From Octopus sinensis (lineage: Eukaryota): 64,000 nt of DNA. The notes below the pieces were generated by a model. The model had not been told where the DNA came from. It searched no databases and saw only the letters and a list, made by a program, of their open reading frames with translations. Below are positions 48,645-61,399 of this stretch, piece by piece. Both the position numbers and the translations under genes were made by a program. Location of the stretch: assembly GCF_006345805.1 (NCBI RefSeq), contig NC_042998.1, forward strand, positions 45,384,001 through 45,448,000. The letters run 5' to 3'. Positions within the stretch are counted from its first letter, which is position 1. Each line of letters begins with the position of its first letter.

Positions 48645-50073
48645 TTAAAGAAACTTCTGAAAAACTAGTGCCAACCATTTCAACATAAAATACATGAAGT
48701 TAAACCACGGGCAACTTGTGGCTTGCAGGACTTACTGAATGGCATGCCTAAATGGAAAATTACCTGGAATGCTTTTTAATAGGATGGCCTGTTACTTGAA
48801 AAACAGTTGCCCATGCATGGTTTCAAGTGAAACAAATAATGTACCCAGCTCCAAAATACAATGCAGAGCTTGTAGTTGGATTTGAACCATGAAGTTGAGA
48901 CAGCTACTGAAACTTCATGATTAAACAATAACAGATGTCAATACAAGGCCAGAAGATGGTGAACTATATGCTAATAATTCTAGAGCTGTTTGCACATAGA
49001 AAATTGGGAAACTGAAAAGATGTGTAGTAAAGGTACTGTTAATCATCCTTAAAGACTACAAGTAAAAAGCGACCCACTGAAACAGCTGTAGAGATATAAG
49101 CATTTCTTGCTTACTAGTGTTACTTGTTTTTACTTTAAAGCATGCAAATAATGCATTTGACTCATAAATATAAAGTTTAGTATGCAATAAATAGTTTAAC
49201 CATGTTAAGAATGTGCCTAATTAAGAGAGAATAATTAAAATGATTAGTGTATCATTTGTCTTATGCAGGAAAACCAAAGATATGATCGCAACATTTCATA
49301 TTATTGTGAGGAATCATAAATAGATTGAATATATCCAGGATTTAAAACATTCCAACCACGACTATACTGTTGAACGTGTCCACCCTTTTTTTGTTAAAGA
49401 AAAAAGTGCTGGTGCCACATAAAAAGCACCCACTACACTGTTAAATGGTTGGCATGGGGGGGGGGGGTCAAGTCACAGAAACCATGTCAAAACAGACAAT
49501 TGGAGCCTGGTACAGTTCTCTGGCTGGCCAGCTTCTGTCAAACTGTCCAACCCATGCCAGCATGGAAAGCAGATGTTAAATGATGATAGTGTAATTTGAA
49601 GGAGAATTAGCTTTTATTTCTGGCAGAGTAACCATAGAGGCTATATTACTGTTAGAAATGCCTAAAAAAGTATTTTGTCCAGCAGGCTAAATGATTCTGC
49701 CAGCTCACTGCAGTAGTAGATCTCTAATAATTAAAATAAAAATATATTATTTAATGCATTCCAATGAAATTCGGTAAAAGGCTTTTATGTTTAGAAGAGC
49801 CGAACACAGAACAAAAATCATTTTATATGTGTGTGTGGGGGGGGAGTAAAATGAAAAACTATTATTTTTAAATCAGTTTATGATGAGTTTTAATACATTA
49901 TGAAATAAATCTTGAGGGAATTAAATGTAGATCATTGTTTGAAAAGAAATTAGGTTAGCTGCTTGGATCTTTGTAACCATCCATGCAAGAGAATGGACAG
50001 AATGAAATTTAAGAAATTGAGAAAGAAATGATTTTGAATGACCACTGGGCAAAAGTGATCCGGTGGAGTGTAT

Positions 50074-50180
50074 ACGAAGGGGTGCTGACAAGCTTCTGGC
50101 TTTAAGGGTTTAACAAAAGGCCTGGTTGGAGGCCCAACCTTCTGAGTCCTGTTACAGGGCTTAGAAAAACTGAAGGACTG
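50074..50180. mobile_element. Mariner-like terminal fragment
   Basis: TA|CGAAGGGGTGCTGACAAGCTTCTGGCTTT resembles mariner TIRs; no partner end found. Confidence 0.35.
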
Positions 50181-50559
50181 CTGCAATAAATGAATAAATC
50201 TGAGAGTGGAATATGTTGAATAAAATCATAATTAACTAATCCTCCTGTATTTTCTTTAACCCATAACCAAGAACTTTTCAGCACAGCCTCTTTTATAAAA
50301 ACTATAATTTTAGCTATATATACGCGAAAAAAGGAAAAAAAATACTGCAATAGCGATGATCAATAAAGCCAGTAATGATTAGATATTGAGTTCATGGTGA
50401 ACAGGTATAAACAAAAGCCAATTCAGTAGAGGTACCTAGTAATTTATTTAAATAGAAATGTTGGCTTTACTTTCAGTATCTCAGTGATGAAGACCAAATG
50501 ATCATAATTTCAATAAGACTGTACACAAGACTGTACACTGAAAATAAATCAATACTTAC

Positions 50560-52378
50560 GACGATGAAAGACAACTTTTTGAAGTTTCACAATCGGAGTC
50601 AAACTGCTGATGATGACGTATCGCACTTTTTCTTCTTTCACTCCAAGGATATTTACGAACCAGAGAAGAGGAATTTATATCATACTTTGTACTATTGCTG
50701 AAAGATTGATGGTATGCTGGGATCTTACATAGCTCAGTCACATGTTCAGGAGAAGGATCTTTGATAAAGTCAGATGTATCAATCCCATTATCAATATAAG
50801 ATTGATAACTAATCTTAGATTTGTTGTTAATTGCTTCTGTTGATAGCCCACTTAAATATGTTGGCACTTTATTTAACAGAACTTCATCATCATCTGATCC
50901 TTCGTCTATACTCATATCTTTTTCATCAGGATCCTCCTCCATGGGGGAGTTTTCATTATTAGATGTATTCTCATTAACTGCTTGATCACTAATTTCTATT
51001 GTTGAAGAACTATCTACAGATGTTTTAACTGGTTCAGAAATAAATAAAAAATCATTTTCATTTAAAATACTTTCTTTTAGATTATCATTGTTTTCATTTA
51101 CTGTTATTTCATTAGGAAAGTTACAGAAATTTTCATAAGTTTTTTGATTGTGTCTTAAAGAAGGTGGTATCAACAAATCCAGAGAATTTTTGAGATTAAA
51201 ATGGTTCTGATCAATTGTTTTTAAACTAGTAAAATCTAACATGTCAGAGTCTAAGATCCCTTCAACGTCTGTAGAAGAAATCTTCCGCAATTCTTTATCA
51301 TTAGGATAATCAAAAATACAAGCATTGATTGCTTCATCTGTAGGACAAGACAACAAACCACAGGGATTCAAGTGACCGAGAGGACTATTCACATTGCAAT
51401 GTTTTACATAGTTTGCAGTCAAATTGTCTTCACTTAAGTGACAACACATCTGACAGGGCACAACATCAGGGAAAACATCATCATTGCATTTCTCACCAGA
51501 TTTAGGTTTCGGGAAGAAATCCTTACACATATCACAAGTACGAAAATCATGATTGTCGACATTTCGACAATCAAATGGATTTTCACTGCTAACATAATCA
51601 TGTAGGGCACTTAATCCACAAGACGATATATTCTGTTTTTCAACAGATTCAAAGACTTCAGCTGTTTCTCGTTTTTCTTCATGAAGCACGTCCTTTGTAT
51701 CATCAGAACTAACAGGTAGGGGTGAAGATGTTGAATTAGCTGTCTGTATATTTGGAGAACTAGAATTTTCATTTTCAAGATTTAAGCTATTAGTTTGTGG
51801 ATCATTAGAAAAATATTCCTGCGTATTAGGGTTATCTGAGTCTTTGTTTGAATTATTGCTCACAGAATTATTTAAGCATTGGTCATCACTAAGTTTTTTC
51901 TTTTTCTTTGGAATTATAAATGACCTTTTTGTTGATGTAGTAGTAGTAGTAGTAGTACTCTTTTCTTTAGGAATAAATCTAGGACAATTAAGTGTGTAGT
52001 CATGATCCCTTAAATGACTATAATAGGGCCTATACTGGATAGTTTGCTTCTTAGAAGAGTTATTATTATTATTATCTTGACTTTTTAATGAACTTAATTC
52101 GACATATCTCGTTAAATTTTGAGGTTTCAGTAAATCTGGAAATTCATCTGTTGAAGCACTTTTTTTAACTGGCCTTGTAATAGATAATTCTGGTAGAACA
52201 ATTGGTGGTATAGAGTCTTTTGTATCATTTACTGCAGAGATTCCAGTTTGGTTAGTTTCACTATTTGGTTTAATTGTTTGGTTTCCAGCCAATTTAGAAC
52301 TGACAGGCTTTAACACATTTGACTGGAGTGGATCTGAATTCTCAACATCAGTAACTGATGCCACATTAACTTGGTTTT
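50560..52378 (-). CDS. PPRC1: PGC-1 family large central exon (about 605 codons)
   Basis: atttcag| ... |gtaagt, uninterrupted frame (ORF 50556-52364). Contains HLRDHDY, a basic PKKKKK patch, an acidic MEEDPDEKD...EGSDDDE patch and a Cys-rich segment. Phases fit both neighbours. Confidence 0.9.
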
Positions 52379-53939
52379 CTGAAATATATACATATATATC
52401 TATATAAAAAAAATGCTAATTAAGATATATTAATAACATTCATTTCTCAGCATTAACTTTATTTTTTTTTGTGGACATTTTCTTATTTTGTAGTTTTAAA
52501 ATCACACAACCCTTTAGTATTTAAACTGGCTATATCTGGCCCAAATATTCTGTTTTACATTCAAACTGATTGGTTTTAACCTATCACACCTACTCCACAA
52601 TGTCATTCTCGAATTGAATAATCACAACCCCTTGAAATTGCAAGATTAATTCAAAACAAGAATGAATAAGCATAATCTGAACACCAAAGGGTTAAATCCA
52701 CATGATTTACTTTTTTTTTTTACACAGTTCAGTCATTTGACCGTAGCCATGCTGGAGCACCACCTTAAAGGATTTTAGTCAAAGAAATGAACCCAGGACT
52801 TATTCTTTGTAAACCTAGTACTTATTCTATCAGTCTGTTTTGCCAATCTGCCAAGTTATGGGGACAAACATACACACACGGGCATTTTTTCAGTTTCCAT
52901 CTACCAAAGTCTATTCACAAGGCTTTGGTTAGCCCAAAGCTGTAGAAGACACCATGCAGTGGGACTGAACCCAGAACTACATGGTTGGGAAGCAAGCTTC
53001 TTACCACACAGCCATGCCTGAACCTTTTTATAAGCAAATATTTAACACTGTTCTTTTACTGTGCTAGATATTATACTTTGAATTTGATATATAATATTTT
53101 ACAAATATGTATGGTTAATAAATTTGTATTTCAGTTGTCTGGTTTGGGATTTAATCCCAATGCATGGTACCTTAGGCAAGTATCTCCTACCATAACCTTA
53201 GGTGGGCCAAAACTTTGTAAGTGATATTTGGTAGGTGGAAACTGCAGGGAAGCCTGTCAGAGATAATGTTTCTCCTCTTGAGTGGTAGTCTTAATCTGCT
53301 ACCCAGTTTAACAACACCACAAGTCTCTTGGGTGCATTCAGCAGAGTTTATTGCTGCCAGTTTTGGGACCAAATTTCCATAAGTGAATAACTTACCCCTA
53401 TCATTTTGTAGCTCTTGAACAAATAGTTATGGACACTGAATATGTAAAAATATTTTAATTAAAACCAGTGAAAAATGTTAACAACCCCCAAAACATATAA
53501 CACAGTATTTTACACTAGCAACGCCAGGTCATAGTGCTAGTGCATGCATATACAGCTGCGTGCATGTGCACATACACGTGGGTACTGTCCAAATCTCCCA
53601 CCAATCACATACAGCTAGCTGGCATTCAATTGGGTTTTGGATAGAAAATTCACAAAAAAGTCACTTCTATTGATTTTTTAATGGCTTTGCGGAGTGACTG
53701 AGGAAATGTAAAGATGTGCACGACCACCCTTGGACGGTTTTGAATGACCATAGAAAGTGCAAGCCCTCTAACTGAAAAATTGTGGATTTGTATAAAGGAC
53801 AGACACACATTTTGCCATTTATATATAGAGATACTTGTAGAAAATAATTTATAGTAAAAATAACACGCCAAATTATTTACATTGCATTTATGTCCTACAA
53901 TTTTAAGATATACTCTGAATACAAAGAAATAATACTTAC

Positions 53940-54232
53940 GATTCGATATGCCATTAACAGCATTGGTACCATTGCACTGCACATCAGTTACAAGCTTCAT
54001 TTTACTGACTCTAGGATCTCTGAGTAATGAAGACACAGAAATGCCATGTCTATTTTTAACTAATTTTTTTACAATACCATTAGACACTAGTGATAATTTT
54101 CTTGGAAGAGAATTTTCGTTTCTAGTCGCAGATACAGTAATAGTTGGAGCTTGATGGGAAACGCCATCAGTTTTGTATGTTGTAATATTTTGGAAACTTG
54201 TAGGTATTAATGAAATACTTGAGGTCTTTGCG
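53940..54232 (-). CDS. PPRC1: PGC-1 family exon upstream of the large exon
   Basis: Long pyrimidine tract...ctacag| ... |gtaagt. Translates AKTSSISLIP...SVSSLLRDPRVSKMKLVTDVQCNGTNAVNGISN; the phase-1 end joins the large exon as Q. Confidence 0.8.
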
Positions 54233-54356
54233 CTGTAGATAAGAAAAAGAAAAAAAAGTTTAGTATTGCTGTTCACTTGTCATAGTTATACATATCACAC
54301 AAGTAAGATTGCATCAAACATTCAATTCCTTTATGAGACCACAAAAAATATTAAAT

Positions 54357-54793
54357 CCTTTAGCATTCAGACTAATCTACCAAGCATGTTTATTTATTCA
54401 AATTGGTTTGATTTAATTATGCATTATCTCACTAGTTCTAGATTTCAATCATGATTGTATATTTTGACAAGGACATCGTATAGGTGTGAGAAGCCAGATC
54501 TGGTTGATTTGACCCTTTCGTTACCAACCTAGCTGAAACCAGCTCTGGCTCTCTGAGTACAAATGTCTTGTTTTTATAAGTTTTGAATTAAAATCATCCA
54601 CCAAACTTTAGTCACAGTTTATGTTTCTAACAGTAGCTAAATGGTAACTAAGTTATTTTGCTAAATTCTTTGTTATATTTAATGTAATTGAAAAAAACAC
54701 AGAGCATCTCAAAATAAATACAGTAACGAAAGGGTTGAACTTAAAACTGGTAGAATATTTGGGCCTGATATAACCAGTTTAAATGCTAAAGGG
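54357..54793. mobile_element. Nested piggyBac-like MITEs (CCCTTTCGTTAC element at 54513-54734 inside a CCCTTTAGCATT element)
   Basis: The inner element has CCCTTTCGTTAC...GTAACGAAAGGG termini flanked by TTGA on both sides; the outer element ends AATGCTAAAGGG. Confidence 0.75.
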
Positions 54794-57700
54794 CTGAAAC
54801 TCCAAAGAATTAGAGACTCTCAGCAACAAGTTTCATTTTTCAATGAAGAACTGCACACAAATCTAGAAGCTTGTCTTCATTACATAACCTGATTGACAAT
54901 TCTACACTTACTAACATACTGCAACCACTTAAGTATTCTGCATCTGCATCTTTAAGCCAATGAGGAAACACTCATATAGTCACTCAACTTGCGAGAAATA
55001 ACACCCAGATACCCATTAATCCTTTTGATGCCAATTTTAGTTTTATGAAAGAAAACTTCTCGTTTAAAATAAAAATTATCCCAATTTCAGTTTTGTTATT
55101 TTCCAAACATTTGCCTAATAACGACTTAAGTTTTAATAAATTCCTCTAAATTCCTGATTACTTTCACATTATTTGAAACACGTAGGTTATGTACTTCATT
55201 ATAGATATGGTCAAGAAAAGGTTAATCACAGCTAACCATCTTAAAAATTGAATGGACACATTGGATAATGCAGTCCTAAATATATGTACCTCTGCAAAAT
55301 ATGGAGCATGACTCCTTACTCCACTCTACAATGTTTTGCAAGCTAGCTGATTATATAAGCCAACATATTCCATTTGTATTGTCTTAACCCCCCCTGTTAT
55401 ACCTATCTCTTTCAAAAGCCTAAACAGAACATAGTTCTCACATTCACATCCAATTCTTCCTCTTCCTATGATGCAATAAAAGAAATTTATCAAATCCAAT
55501 TTAGTAAGGTCTTTGTGATCAATACTAGTTATCTTGGTTAAAGAGTTTGATTCCTGACAACTTGGTTTCAGGTTCAGTCCTACTTCGTGACACTTTTGAA
55601 CAAGTGTCACCTACTACACCCCAAGCTGATCGCAGCTCTTTGAGTGGTTTATGATAGATAGAAACTGAAAGAAACATTGTATGAGTATGCATGCACATGT
55701 GTCTTGAAATCACAATTGTTGTAAATGAATGCCAGTTCCAATATTGTGCAAAAGCATGTTTGGCTATTGGCAAATATAACCCTACTTGGAAACAAGGGTT
55801 GGCACCAGGAAGGGCATCTGGCCATAGGATATCTGCCACAATAAACTCCATCCAACCCATGCAATCATGGAAATGTGGACATGATAAATTACACATTAAA
55901 TAGTTTATTGGTTAGGAACCCAGGGAATTCACTATATTCTTAACATGAGTACGAGAAAAATTCAGCTGAACAGATAATAAATCAGACAGTAAGCCAAGAC
56001 TTTTCAGGTGACTGGAATACCTCCCCTCCCACATTTGCAAACTGAAAAATCTAATATAGGATGACAAGAAACTTCAGTCTCCATGCAAATAATTTCTTAA
56101 TCACTGTTCAACATGTCACTCCTCTCAATGATAACCAAATTCCTTCCTTACATCATGAAGACATAGCCTTTCAGCCACAGTGAATGCAATCTGCCCAGTA
56201 AGCTGGTAATTCCAAACAAACTCATTGATAAATCACACATAGGACAGGTTCTGCAAACCACAGTGAAGGCAACTTATCTAGGAGAGCAGTAGCACTGAAT
56301 AGAAACTGACAGAACAGAGTAGACTCCTTAATCCTATTGTAGACACACTGTAAGTCAGCTAGTTGACAGAAAAGGCTTCTAGCTGTAAAAATCATGTCAC
56401 AAGATGAACAAATATGGAAGATGCTGCCAGACCTAGCCAAGCTATATAAATAAACATTTGAATCGTTTAGTATATACTAACCTTGTTAAATCTTGCACTG
56501 GTGAAAAATCTAGATTAAAAAGAAAACATAAATGGTAAAGAAATCATTAAAAAATATAAATGGCAGTACATTAATTCATGATTTAGTCAAATCACTATAT
56601 CTCTCCAAGAATGGAAAAACTAAAAATTTTATTTTCAAACCTTGGTGACAAAAATTACCAATTATTTTCAATAAGCAATCAAAATAAATATCAATGGTTC
56701 AATTTATAGCTACATGTGATCTTTACTGAGTGTATTACATGAGACATTAAAATTTTGTTATTTTACTCCTTATGTACCTCTACATCTGCCACTCCCTGAA
56801 CTACCACATGATACTGCTATTTCCCACCAAGCCACACCTCCCACTCCTGTTCATCACACTACATTCACCTCTACCTTCATATCTAACCATCTGTTACTGT
56901 ACCCTCCTGATCCACTGCCTGTATCTTCTCTTGCTTCCCGAGGGTTTGGGCCTGGCAACTTATAGCTACCAAACCTCTAAATATGCAGAGTAGCCATGTA
57001 CCTTCTCCACAAGACACCTCCCCGACATAAAATCTTTCCACTCTCTCAAATGCTGCACCTCTTAATCAAGGGGGCTTTCCTATTTCCTTCTGCTTACAAC
57101 CTTACCAGTGCTAGTGGCAAGAAAAAAGTACCCAGTAAGCACTGTGAAGTGGTTGGCATTACGGAGGGCACACAGCCATAGAAACCTTGCTTAAGCTGAC
57201 ATGAAGCAGCTCTGTAGTCCACTGGATTCTATCAAACCAGCCAACTCATGCCAGCATGTAAAGCAGGTTTTTAAATAATAATGGGACAACAGCAATGTAT
57301 CTACAACTGTAATGAATTGGCTAGCACAGACTACAAAGCTTTGAGTATTTAGTTAACAACTCGTATTTGGGTTTGGCATGTTCCTCTTCAAACTTTGGCG
57401 CAACTCAACTCTTGTTAAAAATGCTCATGCTTTCAATATGTAGTAGTTTCTGTGTACACACCCAAGCTTACATCCCAACCCTACTGCAAACAGATTACTG
57501 AACTCACTCACTTCTGACACTATTTTTAGCTTTCTCAAACATCTCACTCACTGTTAACCAGCTATCAATAAAATGTCTTTTCAAGTTGAACAAATAAAAT
57601 CTGTCTCACCAAAAGCATGGTATTCGGGTTTTTTTGTTTTAATTTGTTTTTCATGAGTACAAACATCATCAAGTGGATCGTATTCAATCTAACTGTATCA

Positions 57701-58639
57701 ATTTAACTTTCAATCTTGAGATTACATATTTCATTCACTCACATTTATTTTTACTTAATACTTTTTAGAAGAGTACATGTTTATTAAACTTCAAGTTCAC
57801 TATCAACCGGTTTTTTTTTTTGTAAAAATCTAGTGGCTGTGGTAAGAAGCTTGCCTCCCAATCACATGGTTCTGCATGGCACCTTGGGCAAGTGTCTTTT
57901 ACTATAACCTCGGGTTGACCAAAGCTTGAAGAGTGGAGTTTGCAGAAGAAAACTGGAAGAAACTCGTCTCGTGTGTGTGTGTTTCTTTGTGTTTGACAAC
58001 CGATGACGCTGTTTTCTCGTCTTCTAACTTAGCGGTCCGACAAAAAGATAGAATAAGTACCAGGTTTTACAAAAAATAAAAAAAAGGTGGATTTGATTCG
58101 TTCATCCTACAACGAGTTACTTCAGCAGTCTAATGACTGAAACAATATGTTATTGTAATTAAGAACTGATTGTTTAATTGGGTGGGGAGGGATGAGTGCG
58201 ACATTTGAACTTTGAGCAAGAGGTACTAAACTAAAGAAAAATAATTTCATGTTGCCATGTGTCATCTGTTCTGTATAAATTATAAATAGCAGAGAAAGTT
58301 GTAATGCCTTTCTTGATAGAGCAGCGATGAAAAGGAGGGGATGGGTAAGCATGGGCACGACAAATCCCCCTGCTTTTCAGTTCATGAGCGGTTGATAGTC
58401 TCTAGTCACACCTTTCCAACTCAAATTTCTTAGACCTTAAAATAACGCCCGTCTCTAATACCCATTTCCTTCGCTGCCTATTACAACGCCTAAGTACCCC
58501 CCACCCATCAGGGCAAATTTTCAAAACAAAATTTACATAAGTTACAATAAAACTTTGTTGACGGACAAAAATCAATAGATGTACTAGTTTTTGTTTTTTT
58601 AAAATAAAACTGAAAAATATCTAGACAAAAATCCCTTAC

Positions 58640-58708
58640 CCGAAGATGCTACAATTTCTTCAAATTGAGAGAGAAGTTTGTTATAGGATGTAGCTTCAAT
58701 GACAACAC
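58640..58708 (-). CDS. Probable N-terminal exon of the PGC-1 family gene
   Basis: ttttattccag| ... |gtaagg, one open frame: (G)VVIEATSYNKLLSQFEEIVASS(G). It ends in phase 1 while exon 54232 needs phase 2, so a linking exon is unresolved. Confidence 0.55.
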
Positions 58709-61399
58709 CTGGAATAAAATAGTCTTTGTTACTCAACAGATAAATGTAAACTATAAAAATACTAAAGTAAACGTTTTAGTTTAACAAATAATACTTTAGA
58801 GAATCCTACAAAAAGTTTTCTGTAATTATATTAGTTTGTATTAATGCAGTTGTATCAATTACAGGAGAAAGTTATAATGTAACATAGGAATGATATTATT
58901 CAGCCTAAGCACAGGGAAGTAGAATAAAGTTTAAAATCAAATAGTATTTAAGATTTTAAGTCAATTCACGCAAAGAGTCCTATACTGGTTTATTGTGACA
59001 AAGACGAGTAATCCGACATTCAGACTAGTGCTTTTTCTCTTCAGGAATTAAGAGACTTGACTGAACTAAATACAGCTGAAATAGCAGTGTTCGTATGCAT
59101 TAGAGGAAATAATCTTTAACACTCAAACATTAACCAAATGTTACAAAAGTTTATAAACAGTAAAAACTAACGTTCCACGCAAGAATATATATAATAAATA
59201 AAGATATGACTAAGATTACTTTCAAAAGATTGAATGATGTTGCTAAATACAAATGCATGCATAGTATCGAAAAGAGAAAAAAAAACTACGACAAAGAAGT
59301 TACTGACAAGCTGTTACTTTATTCTAATTGCCTTACATGCCGTTCTATTTTAATCCAAATCAGCAGATTTTGAAGAGAAGGCAGGACGTGTAAGCCGGAA
59401 CATTTTCACTCATATCCAAAACTAAAATGCGTACACGTGGTCAAGTCAACCTACATTTATTCTCTCAAGACCTTCTCGAAAGCTTACTTGTACAATTATT
59501 CATCGATTAAAAAAAACGTTTTCAAATTCATAACAAAACAATCATTTCTATATTACATAACTAATTATTCTTTTAACTCAATAACAATGGTCTCGGTGAA
59601 CGTGGAAACTACACGTTGCTTATTCAAGCATACGAGGGAACAAAACCACGAAGCAGTTGTTCAGTACGCTAGAAATAGCAACCAATCTTTAAACGATACA
59701 TCATACTTTAAAAAAAAAAGGAGCACAGCTAATGTAATCCGAAAGAAAAAAAAAAGATGGGTTTTAGTAGCATTTGAACATTTTAAAATTTATTATTCAT
59801 CCTTTTGTTTATCACTTGTTACTGACATTTGAATACAACGGACATAATTACATTAATATAGCTTGAGAGCAATCTATAAATATTAAATTAAAGCGTAGTA
59901 AAGACAACGATTTCATAACACTACTCTGGCAAAAGCTATTACTAATATGTTCATAGTTCTGTTTAAGATCATCAAGCAGGACGTGAAATTATTGTAAATT
60001 ACATAAACTAAGATTAAAATAATGCCTATCATAGGGCACTGTTGTCGAGTTTACAGGGCTTAAAGATAAGAGCATGATCCCCACCCCCACACTAAACCCA
60101 AGTATAAACATAATTGTTAAAACGTCTACTTTTCCATGCTTGTATGAGAGCCAGAGCTTCAGGATTATTTTCTACGGGTTGGATGTCCTTCCAGTCACCA
60201 ATCCTGACGTGTTTCCAAGCAAAATAATATATCCCAATGACCAGATCCGTTTTTGCAGAATATATACGAAATGATTCTGTATGACAGTGACACACACGCA
60301 CTTGGTTTTGGGTTCAATTTCCAGTTTCATAACTTGGGCAAGCGTCTTCTATAACCCAAGGATGACCGAAGCAACGAGAGTGAATTTGATAGACGGAAAC
60401 TGAAAGAAGCTCGCACGTAAAAAGCACCGTTCGATAGTTGAGTCGCATGGTGACAGGTGACCAAGACCTTTGGCGATATACCGTGCTTACGTAGACCTAT
60501 CAAGCTAAGTGATACCATAGTAGTCGATCAATGGCACCAGAGCCGGTGGTACATAAAAAAAACACCCACTACACTCAGTGGTTGGCGTTAGGAAAGGCAT
60601 CCAGCCGTAGGAACATTGCCAAATCAGATCAGAACCTGGTGCAGCCACCCCCCACTCCCGACTTACTAGTTTTCAGTAAAATGGCCCAACCCATGCTAGC
60701 ATGGAAAGCGGACGTCAAATGATGATACATGACGATGCGCGAGTATCATATCGAAAATACACACGACAAACACCTTTCGTTTTGACTACCAAAATCCACC
60801 ACGTGGTTTCGGGATCAGTCCTACTGCGGGGCACCCTTGGGCAAATTGTTTTCTACTACCGCTCCGGACCAATCAAAGGCCAGGTTCGGTAGACAGAAAG
60901 AAAAGCCTGGAAGCAATATCGTAGAGTCTATAAAAACAAAAACAATGATTGATCATTTTGAACACTAGAGTCTCTCTCTCTCTCCTTTTCTCTCAGCATC
61001 TCATGAAAGATGAGGGATTCATCAATTGAACTGACGCCAGTATAATTACTTTATGAAAACCGGTTTGATCTGACGAAAAACAAAAACAATGTGGTAGTCT
61101 ATGAAAACAATCTAGACAAGGCTTGTATAATTTGCATAAACTTCAACACTGCAATATGACAATGATGAATTGGAAAGATCAATTAGTGTGGAATGAATAA
61201 ATAAATAAATAAATACAGTAGCAACCGAACAATGCGAGGATTTCCTCAGACGATTAGTTGCTAGGGAAATAAGTTAACTGCTAGTAAATTCGTGTCCAGG
61301 ACATGGCAAAACAGAAAAATATCGAAGAATACTTCTTGAAAAAAAATGTTTTCAAAAGCTAAAAGCTATTAACAAAAAGGGAAAACAAATTTATTAGTA

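Noticed and set aside
53650-53939. Hydrophobic C-terminal extension of the 208-aa ORF
   Set aside because: Read-through into the intron beyond the strong gtaagt donor at 53939.
57610-57692. Candidate PGC-1 linking exon (IEYDPLDDVCTHEK... or alternative frame)
   Set aside because: Two frames are open and neither phase combination bridges exon 58640 to exon 54232; it cannot be supported without transcripts.
59437-59832. 131-aa plus-strand ORF
   Set aside because: Low-complexity AT-rich composition (K/F/Y/N bias), no motif, and antisense within the PGC-1 5' intron region.
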